Made by a program: the position numbers and the translations under genes. The notes beneath the pieces were generated by a model. That model worked only from the letters and a program-made list of their open reading frames with translations. It did not search any database and had not been told where the DNA came from. Source: a virus (lineage: Duplodnaviria; Caudoviricetes). From it: a DNA stretch of 58,819 nucleotides. The stretch is taken from IMG/VR virus record IMGVR_UViG_3300032272_000012, positions 1 through 58,819 of that record; one strand, 5' to 3'. This document shows positions 9,447 through 18,969 of the stretch, piece after piece. Position 1 is the first letter of the stretch; the number at the start of each line of letters is the position of its first letter.

Positions 9447-10361
9447 ATGACTGAAGAAAAAAAAGAACCGAACAAAAAAACAACTACCACCAAAAAAAAG
9501 GTGATTAAAAAGAAAATTGTCAAGAAAAAAGTAATTAAAAAAAAGATTGTGGAAAAACCTGTTATTAAAACTGAGTTGACTGATAAACAAATAAAAGCAG
9601 CTGGGGATAAAGAAGGAAAAAGGATTGAAAACCTACGTAAGAAGGTTAAAAAGCCAACAGCTAATCGTACTGAGCTAAAACAAAAGATGGTTGATTTTTT
9701 TGGAGAAGTTGTTCCAGCCAAAGAAGTCAAAAAAGAAACTGTTTACGCCACAAAATGCACACATGAGATTATCGAGGGTGTTACTAAATACATTCGTATG
9801 GGCTCGTTTATCGAGACAGCGTGCTTAATGAACAATATCAGTTATTCAGCCTACAAATCATGGATGAGACTAGGTGCTAGGCTTAAAGATGATGCAGTGA
9901 CATACGAAGAAAAATTAAAAATAAATCAGATCTATGAAAAATTTTATGATGCCATATCAATGGCAGAAGCAGAAAGCGAAACACACTATGTCAAGATCGT
10001 CGCAAAGGAAGCACAAGCTAATTGGAACGCTGCGAGGTTTATGCTATCCCAAAGGTTTAGAAAACACTGGAACAACGCACAAACAACAGTCACGCACCAA
10101 GGAAGCGTTGATAGTAATGTGAGTGGTACGATAGAGCATCAACACGTACTTTCAATAGACGAAAAACGTGATGCAATGAAAAAGTTAATGGATAGTGATG
10201 AAGCTCTTGACGCTGCATTTACGGTGCTACAAACACTAGACGGATCAAACCCAGATGAATTTTATGCTAGTGAAGAGGCGCAAAAAACTATAGGTGAATT
10301 GGAAGAAGAACAACTTAAAAAAGAAAAGGACGGTAGTAAACATGGAAGTGAAACAGCCTAA
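9447..10361 (+). CDS. terS: Terminase small subunit (putative), Lys-rich N-terminus
   Basis: HTH segment YIRMGSFIETAC..ISYSAYKSW, then FYDAISMAEAESE and NWNAARFML. Adjacent to ParB-N and MTase genes. Confidence 0.7.
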   Translation: MTEEKKEPNKKTTTTKKKVIKKKIVKKKVIKKKIVEKPVIKTELTDKQIKAAGDKEGKRIENLRKKVKKPTANRTELKQKMVDFFGEVVPAKEVKKETVYATKCTHEIIEGVTKYIRMGSFIETACLMNNISYSAYKSWMRLGARLKDDAVTYEEKLKINQIYEKFYDAISMAEAESETHYVKIVAKEAQANWNAARFMLSQRFRKHWNNAQTTVTHQGSVDSNVSGTIEHQHVLSIDEKRDAMKKLMDSDEALDAAFTVLQTLDGSNPDEFYASEEAQKTIGELEEEQLKKEKDGSKHGSETA

Positions 10362-10899
10362 GATTGAATTAGTTGATATTGAGAAATTAATTGATTATGT
10401 CAACAACGCAAAAACTCATAGTGAAGAACAGATTGAAAAGGTAGCGTCAAGCATCAAAGAATTTGGATTTATTAACCCGATCGTGATTGATAAAGACTTT
10501 GGAATTGTTGCTGGTCATTGCAGAAGCAAAAGCGCAAAAAAGCTTGGACTAACTAAAGTTCCTTGCATCATTGCAGACCACCTAACAGAAGCCCAAAAGA
10601 AAGCTTACGTGCTTGCAGACAACCGCCTAGCTGAGTTTGGTACAGGTTGGGATAAAGACCTATTAAAAATCGAGCTAGACGATATCAAAGACAATTTCAA
10701 CTTAGATGATATCGGGTTTGATGCTGGGTTTTTGAGTGAGTTGGATATTGATTTTAGTGTTGAGGGTGATACACAGTCAATTGATTCAACTAAAGATGAT
10801 AATGTTGACGGAGCTAAAGAATTTTCAGAAGATGATTTCAGTAAATTTGATAATCAATGCCCTAAATGTGGATTCGAGTTTGACAACAAGAAAGGTTAA
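10342..10899 (+). CDS. ParB/Srx N-terminal domain protein with C-terminal zinc ribbon (MTase-associated type)
   Basis: NNAKTH..SIKEFGFINPIVID..AGHCR..LADNR and CPKCG. Confidence 0.9.
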   Translation: MEVKQPKIELVDIEKLIDYVNNAKTHSEEQIEKVASSIKEFGFINPIVIDKDFGIVAGHCRSKSAKKLGLTKVPCIIADHLTEAQKKAYVLADNRLAEFGTGWDKDLLKIELDDIKDNFNLDDIGFDAGFLSELDIDFSVEGDTQSIDSTKDDNVDGAKEFSEDDFSKFDNQCPKCGFEFDNKKG

Positions 10900-10901
10900 A
10901 T

Positions 10902-11960
10902 ATGAAACATCCAAAGCTAGTTAATGGCCCGTGGTTTTTAAAAGATTTGAAAAGTGGAAAATTAGGAGCTCCAAAACTTAATAAAAAAGTTCTATCATGC
11001 TTTTGCTGTGGTGGCGGTTCAACTATGGGCTATAAACTAGCTGGGTATGATGTTCTAGGAGGGGTTGAAATTGACCCAGAAATGCAAAATATCTATGTTA
11101 AAAATCATAACCCTAAATATATGTTCAAAATGGGGGTAGGTGATTTTAATAAATTACCTCGTGAAAAAATACCTGATGAATTATTTGATTTAGATATACT
11201 TGATGGATCACCACCATGTTCTAGCTTTTCTATGGCTGGATCAAGAGAAAAAAAATGGGGAGTCGAAAAAAAATTTCGTGAAGGACAAGCCAAACAAGTT
11301 CTTGACGATTTATTCTTCACGTTCATTGAAACAGCTAAATTACTTCAACCTAAAGTTGTTGTCGCTGAAAATGTTAAAGGGCTCATTCAAGGTAATGCTC
11401 GTGGCTATGTGAAAGAAATATTCAAGGGATTAAAAGATGCTGGTTATGATAATGTACAGCTATTCCTTTTAAATTCTTCAAAAATGGGTGTTCCACAACG
11501 ACGAGAAAGAACTTTCTTTGTGGCTAACCGTCTTGGTAAAAAATTGAAGCTTGATTTTGATGAGAAAGAAATTTCTGTATTAGAAGCGTTTTCAAGTATT
11601 GAAAAAATAAACTACAAAGGAAAAGATTATTCAAAAAGTTCAATGGTTAAATATTGGGAGCAATGTTTACCGGGTGAGAGTTTTTCAAAATATCACCCCA
11701 AGGGTTCTTTGTTTGGTCAGACTAAACTGCCAAAACATAAACCGGTTGGAACACTTACATCAAAAGATTATCAATATTGGAGTAATGAGACACCTAGGGG
11801 GTTATCAAAACATGAGTGTTTTATATTGCAATCATACCCTCAAGATTATTTAGTTAAAAATGATGCTGAAGCAAAATATATATGCGGAATGTCAGTACCC
11901 CCATTCATGACACAAAGATTATCATTAGAAATTTATAAACAAATATTGCATGGAAAATAA
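10902..11960 (+). CDS. DNA (cytosine-5) methyltransferase
   Basis: FCCGGG (motif I), GSPPC (IV), ENV (VI), QRRER (VIII), GMSV (X). Confidence 0.93.
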   Translation: MKHPKLVNGPWFLKDLKSGKLGAPKLNKKVLSCFCCGGGSTMGYKLAGYDVLGGVEIDPEMQNIYVKNHNPKYMFKMGVGDFNKLPREKIPDELFDLDILDGSPPCSSFSMAGSREKKWGVEKKFREGQAKQVLDDLFFTFIETAKLLQPKVVVAENVKGLIQGNARGYVKEIFKGLKDAGYDNVQLFLLNSSKMGVPQRRERTFFVANRLGKKLKLDFDEKEISVLEAFSSIEKINYKGKDYSKSSMVKYWEQCLPGESFSKYHPKGSLFGQTKLPKHKPVGTLTSKDYQYWSNETPRGLSKHECFILQSYPQDYLVKNDAEAKYICGMSVPPFMTQRLSLEIYKQILHGK

Positions 11961-11962
11961 AA

Positions 11963-12160
11963 ATGAAAATAATCCCATTCAACGACATTAAATCAAAAAA
12001 ATTCTATCTGAAAGTTTACGACGATAATGGAAAGCTTGTATTCAAGAAAGCAACAGCACACGAGCCTAAAACCACGTTTAGATCGAGGTTAAAGGTCGTG
12101 CAAGACGAATGTAATAAAGTTGTTAGAAAAGGCGTTGAAAGCGAGATTAAGCGCAATTGA
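11963..12160 (+). CDS. Hypothetical protein
   Basis: Starts 2 bp after the MTase stop. Confidence 0.55.
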   Translation: MKIIPFNDIKSKKFYLKVYDDNGKLVFKKATAHEPKTTFRSRLKVVQDECNKVVRKGVESEIKRN

Positions 12161-12344
12161 ACTTGCTTTTTAAATCGTGTTGTTTCTCAAATGATTCGTA
12201 GTTGTCAATACCAACGTCTACGATCATTCTTAGGATTTCTTGCATAGGCTTACCTGTGTCCTCAGACAAAGATTTGAGCCTATCCCACGTTACTTTGGGT
12301 GCGTCGAGTGGGCCTCTTATGTGTTTGATCTTTTTGTTTTTCAT
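12147..12344 (-). CDS. Ribbon-helix-helix-like DNA-binding protein
   Basis: WDRLKSLSEDTGKPMQEILR pattern. Last gene of the minus-strand operon. Confidence 0.55.
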   Translation of the reverse strand: MKNKKIKHIRGPLDAPKVTWDRLKSLSEDTGKPMQEILRMIVDVGIDNYESFEKQHDLKSKFNCA

Positions 12345-12544
12345 TATAGCTCACCTTCAATCAAATTTTTCAAAACTGTTGCTTTCAGACAAAGATTTTG
12401 TATTGTTGTTTCTAAATCATTGTCTCGACACATTTTTAAAACGGCTATTTCTGTTTCAATAAAAATCAAATTCTTTTTTAGTTCTTTATTGTCGAATAAA
12501 GTGTACATTTTTTTATAAAATTCATTTAGATTTGTCATTATCAC
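12344..12544 (-). CDS. Hypothetical protein
   Basis: Coupled minus-strand operon. Confidence 0.6.
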   Translation of the reverse strand: MIMTNLNEFYKKMYTLFDNKELKKNLIFIETEIAVLKMCRDNDLETTIQNLCLKATVLKNLIEGEL

Positions 12545-12743
12545 TCCTTTTTTTTAATCCAGTTGATCCACAATCGCAATTATACCAAATGTTATCATTG
12601 CTATCGTATTTGTAGTTTGTGTTTGTAGTTTTGATATCGGTGCCACAACATTTACATTTTTTATTTATCACGACTGGTGGTTGTTGTAGGCGTTCAGTTA
12701 GTGAAAAATTTAGTTTGTTAGTTTCCATGTTGTGACCTTTCAT
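12522..12743 (-). CDS. Small zinc-ribbon protein
   Basis: CKCC..WYNCDCGST. Confidence 0.65.
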   Translation of the reverse strand: MKGHNMETNKLNFSLTERLQQPPVVINKKCKCCGTDIKTTNTNYKYDSNDNIWYNCDCGSTGLKKRSDNDKSK

Positions 12744-12747
12744 TTTA

Positions 12748-12990
12748 TTAATTAGTTAATTCATACTTTTCACGATCATCACGATTTATTTCATCTTCGT
12801 CTATTAAACATCCAATAAAATGATTATATGATTCAACTAATTCATTCTCATCAGCCCAATCTAGTTTTTTTTCTGATCTAATACCATCCAGATAATCTAT
12901 GTATATATCCACATATTTTGTGCTGTTCAGATTGTCATTTAAAAATTCTCTTGCTTCATCAATATTTAGTGTTTTTTTTGCGTTTAACAT
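12748..12990 (-). CDS. Acidic hypothetical protein
   Basis: GAGGTGG RBS. TAATG coupling. Confidence 0.65.
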   Translation of the reverse strand: MLNAKKTLNIDEAREFLNDNLNSTKYVDIYIDYLDGIRSEKKLDWADENELVESYNHFIGCLIDEDEINRDDREKYELTN

Positions 12991-13226
12991 TATACCACCT
13001 CAATTTTTGCAACTAATTTTATACCGCCTTCTTCCAACAAGTGCCTAACCTCGTAATAGCTGCCTTTTTTAACAATGTCATAATCTCGATTATTGATTGT
13101 TATTATTTTGCTACAATTAAAAAAACTAGTTGATCTGATATGCTTACATAAATCATCTAAAGTTGAGTAGTACATAATTTTCCTTTCGGTTTGAGTTAAC
13201 AATCTCTCTGCCTTGTTATAATACAC
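12990..13226 (-). CDS. Hypothetical protein
   Basis: First gene of the minus-strand operon. Start uncertain. Confidence 0.55.
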   Translation of the reverse strand: MYYNKAERLLTQTERKIMYYSTLDDLCKHIRSTSFFNCSKIITINNRDYDIVKKGSYYEVRHLLEEGGIKLVAKIEVV

Positions 13227-13375
13227 TTATCGAACATTGTACAATTTAATTTAATCTAATTTGTAAACACTTGATTATATTAAGAAAAACAAGCTACAAT
13301 TTATCGCTATATAATTGTTTACAAATTTTTTTAGTTAAACTAAAATAGCACATCTATTTCATTGAGGAGCTATGA
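13227..13375. promoter_or_regulatory. Divergent promoter region with operator-like palindrome at 13329-13345
   Basis: AT-rich gap between divergent operons. Contains TATAAT and TTTTAGTTAAACTAAAA. Confidence 0.6.
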
Positions 13376-13663
13376 ATGACCGAATCACAATCAGATCGAA
13401 ATTGCTATATATGCAATATTTCAGAAGAAAAACCGAATACGCATTATAGTTACACATGTACTGCCATTTATGGGTTTGAGCACTCCAAAAAACCTTGGGA
13501 CAATCTAAATACTCACAACCACAAAAAATTCGTATGCCCAGACTGCGTTTTAAAATTAGAAAAAAAATCTGGTGATATTTTTAGATCAATCGACAAGCTT
13601 GTTTATGATCATATTAAGGAATTGAAAGGGATGGCAAATGAAATCAGTAACAAAGATACTTGA
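13376..13663 (+). CDS. Zinc-finger hypothetical protein
   Basis: CYIC..CPDC. GAGGAG RBS. Confidence 0.7.
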   Translation: MTESQSDRNCYICNISEEKPNTHYSYTCTAIYGFEHSKKPWDNLNTHNHKKFVCPDCVLKLEKKSGDIFRSIDKLVYDHIKELKGMANEISNKDT

Positions 13664-13880
13664 ACGCATAACGCTGCAATCGAAATTAACGATGATCGGA
13701 GTATACGATATTAATGAAGCCCTACAAATCGCGTATGTAGCTGCTACACTTGGGATCACGACAGATGATTATAAGAAGCTTCGAAATGAGAAGAAATTGG
13801 ACTTTGAATTGAAAAGGAAAGGCGATGAAAAAAATAAACAAACTAGTAACAGTAACTGCCTCAACAAAAATCAAAGATAA
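13638..13880 (+). CDS. Hypothetical protein
   Basis: ORF in operon. Confidence 0.55.
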   Translation: MKSVTKILERITLQSKLTMIGVYDINEALQIAYVAATLGITTDDYKKLRNEKKLDFELKRKGDEKNKQTSNSNCLNKNQR

Positions 13881-14121
13881 AAAGAGAATTACTATATTTA
13901 ATACTAAAAACATAAATATTAGTTGGGATAATATTGAATCATACGAGCCACATCCAAACGGTACTTACCTAGTTTTAGATAGGAATGCAAAGGTATTTGT
14001 TATGAATAAATACGCTTCTAAATCAGTGTTTGGGAATGCACTCGAACTTGAATCTGTGCAAGAAATTCACTCGAAATTTTTTGGGCTTAAGACTGTTAAA
14101 CAAATTTGTGGGGTGCGTTGA
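13825..14121 (+). CDS. Hypothetical protein
   Basis: ORF with RBS. Confidence 0.6.
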   Translation: MKKINKLVTVTASTKIKDKKRITIFNTKNINISWDNIESYEPHPNGTYLVLDRNAKVFVMNKYASKSVFGNALELESVQEIHSKFFGLKTVKQICGVR

Positions 14122-14122
14122 T

Positions 14123-14341
14123 ATGCATGGTGGAGGCTATCCCAATCAAAAAGAACATGAAGCGCTTGATAGAGCTATGAGCGACCTAGTTGAAGCGAGA
14201 GTTAAGCATGAATTAGAATACAATCTATCAACATATGGTAGTAAGATAAAAAAAGAAATGGATCAGCTTATTGATATTATAAAAAGAAAAAATCAAGTAA
14301 TAAAACAATTAAGGGAAGAGCTATTAAACAGAAAGGGTTGA
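14123..14341 (+). CDS. Coiled-coil hypothetical protein
   Basis: ATG 1 bp after the upstream stop. Confidence 0.6.
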   Translation: MHGGGYPNQKEHEALDRAMSDLVEARVKHELEYNLSTYGSKIKKEMDQLIDIIKRKNQVIKQLREELLNRKG

Positions 14342-14342
14342 T

Positions 14343-14540
14343 ATGGCAGAAATAACAATAGAACAATGTGATAATGGTTATATTGTAAAAGCAAAAAGAG
14401 TTGAAAAAAAACATCACACAGCTATTACTGTGGAAAACAAATGGGTTGTTCAAATAGCAGGAAAAGAAGATTTGATTAATGCTGTAGAAGTAGCTTTTAA
14501 ATGGAAACAAGAGTTTTACAAGAAAAACGCAGAGAAATAG
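14343..14540 (+). CDS. Hypothetical protein
   Basis: ITIEQCDNGYIV motif. Confidence 0.65.
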   Translation: MAEITIEQCDNGYIVKAKRVEKKHHTAITVENKWVVQIAGKEDLINAVEVAFKWKQEFYKKNAEK

Positions 14541-14552
14541 GAATGTTAAATA

Positions 14553-14783
14553 ATGCTTTTTAAGAGGGAAATTATAGAATATTGTAGAACTGAAGCAAAA
14601 GACGTTTACGATGAAATGGCGAGTACAACAAGGAATCCAGAAGTAAAACTTTTGAGTTTCGTAGCGTTGTTTGAGTTAGCGATTTTAGATAGCTTAAAAA
14701 CAGAAAAAAACAAAATAGCTTTCGTGCAAGATACTTTGCATGATATCGAAAAATATATTGTTAGTGAAATTAGGAAAGGTTAA
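14553..14783 (+). CDS. Hypothetical protein
   Basis: ORF in operon. Confidence 0.6.
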   Translation: MLFKREIIEYCRTEAKDVYDEMASTTRNPEVKLLSFVALFELAILDSLKTEKNKIAFVQDTLHDIEKYIVSEIRKG

Positions 14784-14785
14784 AA

Positions 14786-15283
14786 ATGAGTTGTTATTGT
14801 AGCGTAGATAATGCGCCTTGTCAATACTGTGAAAACGGTGAAGCAACAGGTAGAGATTGTAAAAAATGCGAATTCGGTGAAATATACGAAGTGCATACTG
14901 AATGGTATGATAATGAATGGTGTAGTAATTGTAATTATAATAGTGAAGACGAAAAGGAAACAAAAATGGACGAAGAAAAAAAACCCAAATTTGAAATGAA
15001 TGAAGTTGTTTATTGTAAATTAAATGATGGAGGCTCTAATATTTTTATAGAACGAGGAAAAATATATTCTATCACTGATTGCTTAACTAGAGCAGGGTTT
15101 GAGTATAAAATAAAAACTAACAACTACAATTTCACAAGAGAAGAACATGAGATTGTAAAACTAGATAATGAAAGCCTATCAAAAAGTGTCGAGCTATACG
15201 AAACAATCAAAAAAGCACACGATGAAATTGAAAGAGCAATGTTCAAGGTATTTAATTCAGAGGCTAAAAATGATGAAGATTAA
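14786..15283 (+). CDS. Cys-rich domain fused to a small beta domain
   Basis: Eight Cys in the first 50 aa. An internal RBS and ATG precede MDEEKKPKF. Confidence 0.65.
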   Translation: MSCYCSVDNAPCQYCENGEATGRDCKKCEFGEIYEVHTEWYDNEWCSNCNYNSEDEKETKMDEEKKPKFEMNEVVYCKLNDGGSNIFIERGKIYSITDCLTRAGFEYKIKTNNYNFTREEHEIVKLDNESLSKSVELYETIKKAHDEIERAMFKVFNSEAKNDED

Positions 15284-15468
15284 AACAAAATCAAAATGCG
15301 AGTGGTGCAAAGGCTTAGAGGGTATGGGGTGTGTTTGTAGTGCGTGTGGGAGGTGGTTGTAATCAAATGCAAATAATCATAAAATTAATAATATGTTTAC
15401 TAGTCTCAATCCTAGCCAGCGTGATTGTTTTGATTGCGTTGGTTTTGGTTGGGCTTTGAGGGAGAATT

Positions 15469-16527
15469 GTGAAAACTGAAATTCTTTTTAAAGAAAATTA
15501 TGATGGACATGAGCACAATGTGTCACTTTTCATATATGATGAAAGCGGAATGGATCTTCATTGTCAGACTGGTAGCAGCCACCACAAGGCAATTGAGAAA
15601 GCAACTAAAATATTAAACAAGAGAGGCTTATCAGTTGGTAAGCTTGAATTTATCGGGCCAACGGGTGCTTATTATCCTGTTGAAAAAATAAAGGTGGAAA
15701 AAATGACTAAATTAAAAAGCATGAAATTTAAGGTTGGTGGTGATGTTGAACTAACAAATAATATATTAGATCAATTAAAAAAAATGGGATACAAAACAAA
15801 GTTAATGGGAGTGAAAACGCAATATATTTATGCACATTTCGATGCTACTATTACTCACAGTACTTCGCCTAATGATAAATTTTTTCCAGAATATCCATTA
15901 AAAACATACGACGATATAAAAGAAAAAGACGCATATGCAAATTACATGTGTTTAAAATGCAATTTAAAAATGCTTTCAGCAAGTAATCCTCCAAGTTGTC
16001 ATCAGTGTGGTATTTTTGGAAATGTAGTACAATACTACGTTAGTATAGACAAATCAAACGGAACAGACAAAACAGGTATTTTAACAGGTCATACAGAAAA
16101 TGGAGTGATTAAAGTGGATGAATTTAAGACTGTAGAAAACGAGTATAATATTAATTTCCAAACAGCTATGGAATTAGCTGAAAAGGAAGGGAAGAAATTT
16201 TTAGGTGAGAAAATAGATAAAGATACAGTTTTTTATTACGATGAATTTCATGGAAAACATAGTTTAAAGGATATAGAAACAGGAATAGTGTCAAGTATAA
16301 CAATTAATTTTAATTTTGTAGATCAGATGTTCAAAGAGTACAAACCAGAGCCAAAAATTATCAGTTGGTTTCGGCCTAAGCATGTTTGGCATGAAAGTGA
16401 TGATTTCCATACTCTATACACAGGTAGAAGTTATAAAAGCAAAGAAGAGTACAATCCAAGTTCAAGTGTGAAAGTTGTAGAATGGATTGAAGAAAAACAT
16501 CCAGAAACATGGGAGCAATGCGAATGA
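15469..16527 (+). CDS. Multi-module hypothetical protein
   Basis: 352 aa. Contains a CxxC..CxxC zinc ribbon and several internal start-like junctions. Confidence 0.7.
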   Translation: MKTEILFKENYDGHEHNVSLFIYDESGMDLHCQTGSSHHKAIEKATKILNKRGLSVGKLEFIGPTGAYYPVEKIKVEKMTKLKSMKFKVGGDVELTNNILDQLKKMGYKTKLMGVKTQYIYAHFDATITHSTSPNDKFFPEYPLKTYDDIKEKDAYANYMCLKCNLKMLSASNPPSCHQCGIFGNVVQYYVSIDKSNGTDKTGILTGHTENGVIKVDEFKTVENEYNINFQTAMELAEKEGKKFLGEKIDKDTVFYYDEFHGKHSLKDIETGIVSSITINFNFVDQMFKEYKPEPKIISWFRPKHVWHESDDFHTLYTGRSYKSKEEYNPSSSVKVVEWIEEKHPETWEQCE

Positions 16528-16658
16528 CCCCAATCCTAAAAAAATGCTGGTCTTGTGATCACTGCAAAATAACTGGATTAAAACAGGGGTTTTGTAAATC
16601 GCATAAAATTTCGGTGTGGTCTATGATGGAGTGTAAAAGGTGGGTGCGGAGTGAGTGA
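16524..16658 (+). CDS. 44-aa Cys-rich protein related to the KAKCC family
   Basis: MTPILKKCWSCDHC, translated by hand. ATGA overlap. Confidence 0.55.
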   Translation: MTPILKKCWSCDHCKITGLKQGFCKSHKISVWSMMECKRWVRSE

Positions 16659-16789
16659 AGATTTAGATGTGAGACTAAAAGATTTAATCATAAATACATG
16701 TAATAAAATTGGTTGTGATGATTGTGGTTTGCAAAATGGTGACGATGGTGAATGTGCTATGACTGATTTGCAAGATAGGATTAATGAAA

Positions 16790-17158
16790 ATGAGTAAATT
16801 AAAAGACGGAGAGCCTTGTGGTAAACATGCTGGGTGTTTAAATCATGTATCTCATCCATGCGAAGGGTGTGGAAGAATAAATGGGAAAAGTGTTATGCCT
16901 GAATTAAAAAATGTTGAAATTTATAGTGTATCCTTGGTTGAAGAAGGTGGTTATCCCTTTAAGAAAGTGAAAAGTAATGTTGTGAATAAGATCAAGAAAG
17001 CTAAGTGCTGCGAAGATTGTAAATTTTTTGATGCTTCTTATTTTTCTGGTGTAATGGAAAGAACTGGTAAATGTAAAAAGCACGATAAAGCTTTGGATAT
17101 AACTAGTATTTGTAAAGAGCATAAACCACACGAAAAGGATGCTTTCTATGTCGATTAA
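16790..17158 (+). CDS. Cys/His domain fused to a KAKCC module
   Basis: PCGKHAGCLNHVSHPCEGC, then KIKKAKCCEDC from about 16982. Confidence 0.7.
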   Translation: MSKLKDGEPCGKHAGCLNHVSHPCEGCGRINGKSVMPELKNVEIYSVSLVEEGGYPFKKVKSNVVNKIKKAKCCEDCKFFDASYFSGVMERTGKCKKHDKALDITSICKEHKPHEKDAFYVD

Positions 17159-17300
17159 GAAAGCTAAATGCTGTGGGACGTGTAAGTTTTGGTGGGCTGA
17201 TCCATTTGACGATTATGAAGCTGAATGTAAATTAAAATTTAAACGTAATGTAAATTGCTGCCAAGTATGCGACAAGCACGAATGGAATGAAGATGAATGA
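17148..17300 (+). CDS. KAKCC-family protein (50 aa), absent from the ORF track
   Basis: MSIKKAKCCGTC..CDKHEW, translated by hand. Confidence 0.75.
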   Translation: MSIKKAKCCGTCKFWWADPFDDYEAECKLKFKRNVNCCQVCDKHEWNEDE

Positions 17301-17436
17301 TGTTGATTGTTGTCAGACATGTGCAATAAAATATAAAATAGGTAGTCATTATTGGTGTCCTGTTAAAAAGAAGATTTTAGATTCATGGGATTTAATGATT
17401 TATTCATGTGGTGATTGGAAGGATGAAGATGAATGA
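17293..17436 (+). CDS. 47-aa CCxxC protein, absent from the ORF track
   Basis: MNDVDCCQTC..WCPV..SCGDW, translated by hand. Confidence 0.65.
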   Translation: MNDVDCCQTCAIKYKIGSHYWCPVKKKILDSWDLMIYSCGDWKDEDE

Positions 17437-17623
17437 TTGTTTAGCTATACAGCCGATTCATTATTTTTTTATGGGTGTTTCTAGCACATGTTTTTTTACT
17501 TTTATTTGTTACTTAGTTACTTTGAAAATACATAAAGAAATGGCAGATCGTATTTTTAATTTAGGTTTTTTAGCAACTTTTGTAATGAATATTATATTTT
17601 TGATAATGAATATTATGGATTGA
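17429..17623 (+). CDS. Small two-TM membrane protein
   Basis: Two hydrophobic helices. Overlap start. Confidence 0.6.
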   Translation: MNDCLAIQPIHYFFMGVSSTCFFTFICYLVTLKIHKEMADRIFNLGFLATFVMNIIFLIMNIMD

Positions 17624-17627
17624 TACA

Positions 17628-17810
17628 ATGACTGAAATAAAGAAAGCTAAGTGCTGCGAAGAAAACTTTGTTAAACTTCTAGAAGTAGTTGAAGTGATAT
17701 CAGAAGATGTATCGCTGTCATCTCCTAACAGTTGCGTGGGAAGGTCTTATAATGGCCATATTGAGATGTGTAAAGAAGTTTTAAAGAAAGTGTTGGAATC
17801 AAATGAATGA
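17628..17810 (+). CDS. KAKCC leader fused to an unrelated body
   Basis: MTEIKKAKCCEE followed by a helical sequence lacking the family Cys pattern. Confidence 0.65.
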   Translation: MTEIKKAKCCEENFVKLLEVVEVISEDVSLSSPNSCVGRSYNGHIEMCKEVLKKVLESNE

Positions 17811-18000
17811 GATAAAAGAAGCTAAATGCTGTGGAAACTGTAAATTTTTTTTAGAAGTAGCAGAGTATTGTGATGTTCATAAAATTGGATATAAGAACGG
17901 ATATGATTTAGATCACTCTTATATTTGTGACAGTCACGAACATAGAGAAAATCATGATGAAGATGTTATTTTTAATAGTGAATGGGAGAATGATGTATGA
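17803..18000 (+). CDS. KAKCC-family protein
   Basis: MNEIKEAKCCGNC..CDSHE. Confidence 0.75.
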   Translation: MNEIKEAKCCGNCKFFLEVAEYCDVHKIGYKNGYDLDHSYICDSHEHRENHDEDVIFNSEWENDV

Positions 18001-18515
18001 CTATAAAATTATTTGGTGCGATAGACTTTTGTATAGAAGCGCACAGAGGACAGAAAAGAAAATACTCAGGAGAAGATTACGCAACACACCCTATGGCTGT
18101 AGCAATGCTATGCCAAGCGTATATGCTAGAACCAGATGCTGTTATAGCTGCGGTGTTGCATGATGTTATTGAAGACACAGACACAACCATAGATGAAATC
18201 AAATGCCTTTTTGGTGATAGTGTAGCTAAATTAGTGCTAGAAGTTACTGATGTTTCTAAACCAAGCGATGGGAACAGAAAAGTTAGAAAGCAAAAAGACT
18301 TGGAACATTTAGCTAAAGCTAGTCATTTGGGAAAGTCTATTAAGCTTGCAGACTTGATACACAATACACAATCTATAGTTAAACATGATATTGGTTTTGC
18401 TAAAATTTATTTGGAAGAAAAAACACAGTTATTAAAAGTTTTAAAAGACGGTAATGGTTTTCTGTATCAGATGGCTATGCATGTTTTGGAAGAAGGAAAA
18501 AAATGTCTGAAATAA
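17997..18515 (+). CDS. HD-domain small alarmone hydrolase ((p)ppGpp hydrolase, SpoT-HD/Mesh1-like)
   Basis: AHRGQKRK..Y..HP, AAVLHDVIEDT, IKLADLIHN. Confidence 0.9.
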   Translation: MTIKLFGAIDFCIEAHRGQKRKYSGEDYATHPMAVAMLCQAYMLEPDAVIAAVLHDVIEDTDTTIDEIKCLFGDSVAKLVLEVTDVSKPSDGNRKVRKQKDLEHLAKASHLGKSIKLADLIHNTQSIVKHDIGFAKIYLEEKTQLLKVLKDGNGFLYQMAMHVLEEGKKCLK

Positions 18516-18667
18516 AAGAAGCAAAATGCTGCGAGCACTGTAAAAGATATTGTAATGAAATTACTGGAGAGCCACATCAATGCATGTTACATGACTATCT
18601 TAGAGACACAAAACCAACAAATACATGTGACGAGTATGAATGTGATGAATGGAGCGAAGATGAATAG
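18503..18667 (+). CDS. KAKCC-family protein (54 aa), absent from the ORF track
   Basis: MSEIKEAKCCEHC..CDEW, translated by hand. Confidence 0.75.
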   Translation: MSEIKEAKCCEHCKRYCNEITGEPHQCMLHDYLRDTKPTNTCDEYECDEWSEDE

Positions 18668-18779
18668 CAGAAGTCACCATGCAAACAGTTGTTTGTTAAA
18701 AGCAATATTTTTAGCAGTTTTTTTCTCTATAATCCTATGTGCGTTTTTCTTTTACTTACTTGGGAAGCATTGGGGTTAA
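18660..18779 (+). CDS. Small membrane peptide
   Basis: Overlap start. One TM helix. Confidence 0.5.
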   Translation: MNSRSHHANSCLLKAIFLAVFFSIILCAFFFYLLGKHWG

Positions 18780-18780
18780 G

Positions 18781-18966
18781 ATGACTGAAATCGAAAAGCA
18801 AATCAAAAAAGATGAAGATAAGCTTTACAGGAAAATGATTAAACCAATTCTCAAATCAATTGCACAGTTTGTACTCTTTGTGATATTCTTGAATTATCAT
18901 TCAAACGATGAGTTTCAAAAAATGGTGTTTGTGGGGTTTCTAATCTTGTTTAGTCTTTTAATGTGA
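18781..18966 (+). CDS. Small membrane protein
   Basis: Two hydrophobic segments. Confidence 0.55.
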   Translation: MTEIEKQIKKDEDKLYRKMIKPILKSIAQFVLFVIFLNYHSNDEFQKMVFVGFLILFSLLM

Positions 18967-18969
18967 GGT

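Noticed and set aside
10342-10899. Plasmid-prophage partition system
   Set aside because: Only a ParB N-domain of the MTase-associated type is present. No ParA or HTH domain was seen.
16141-16220. Tad2/DUF2829-like start INFQTAMELAEKEGKKF
   Set aside because: It lacks the following R..W..M..motif, so the match is too weak to call.
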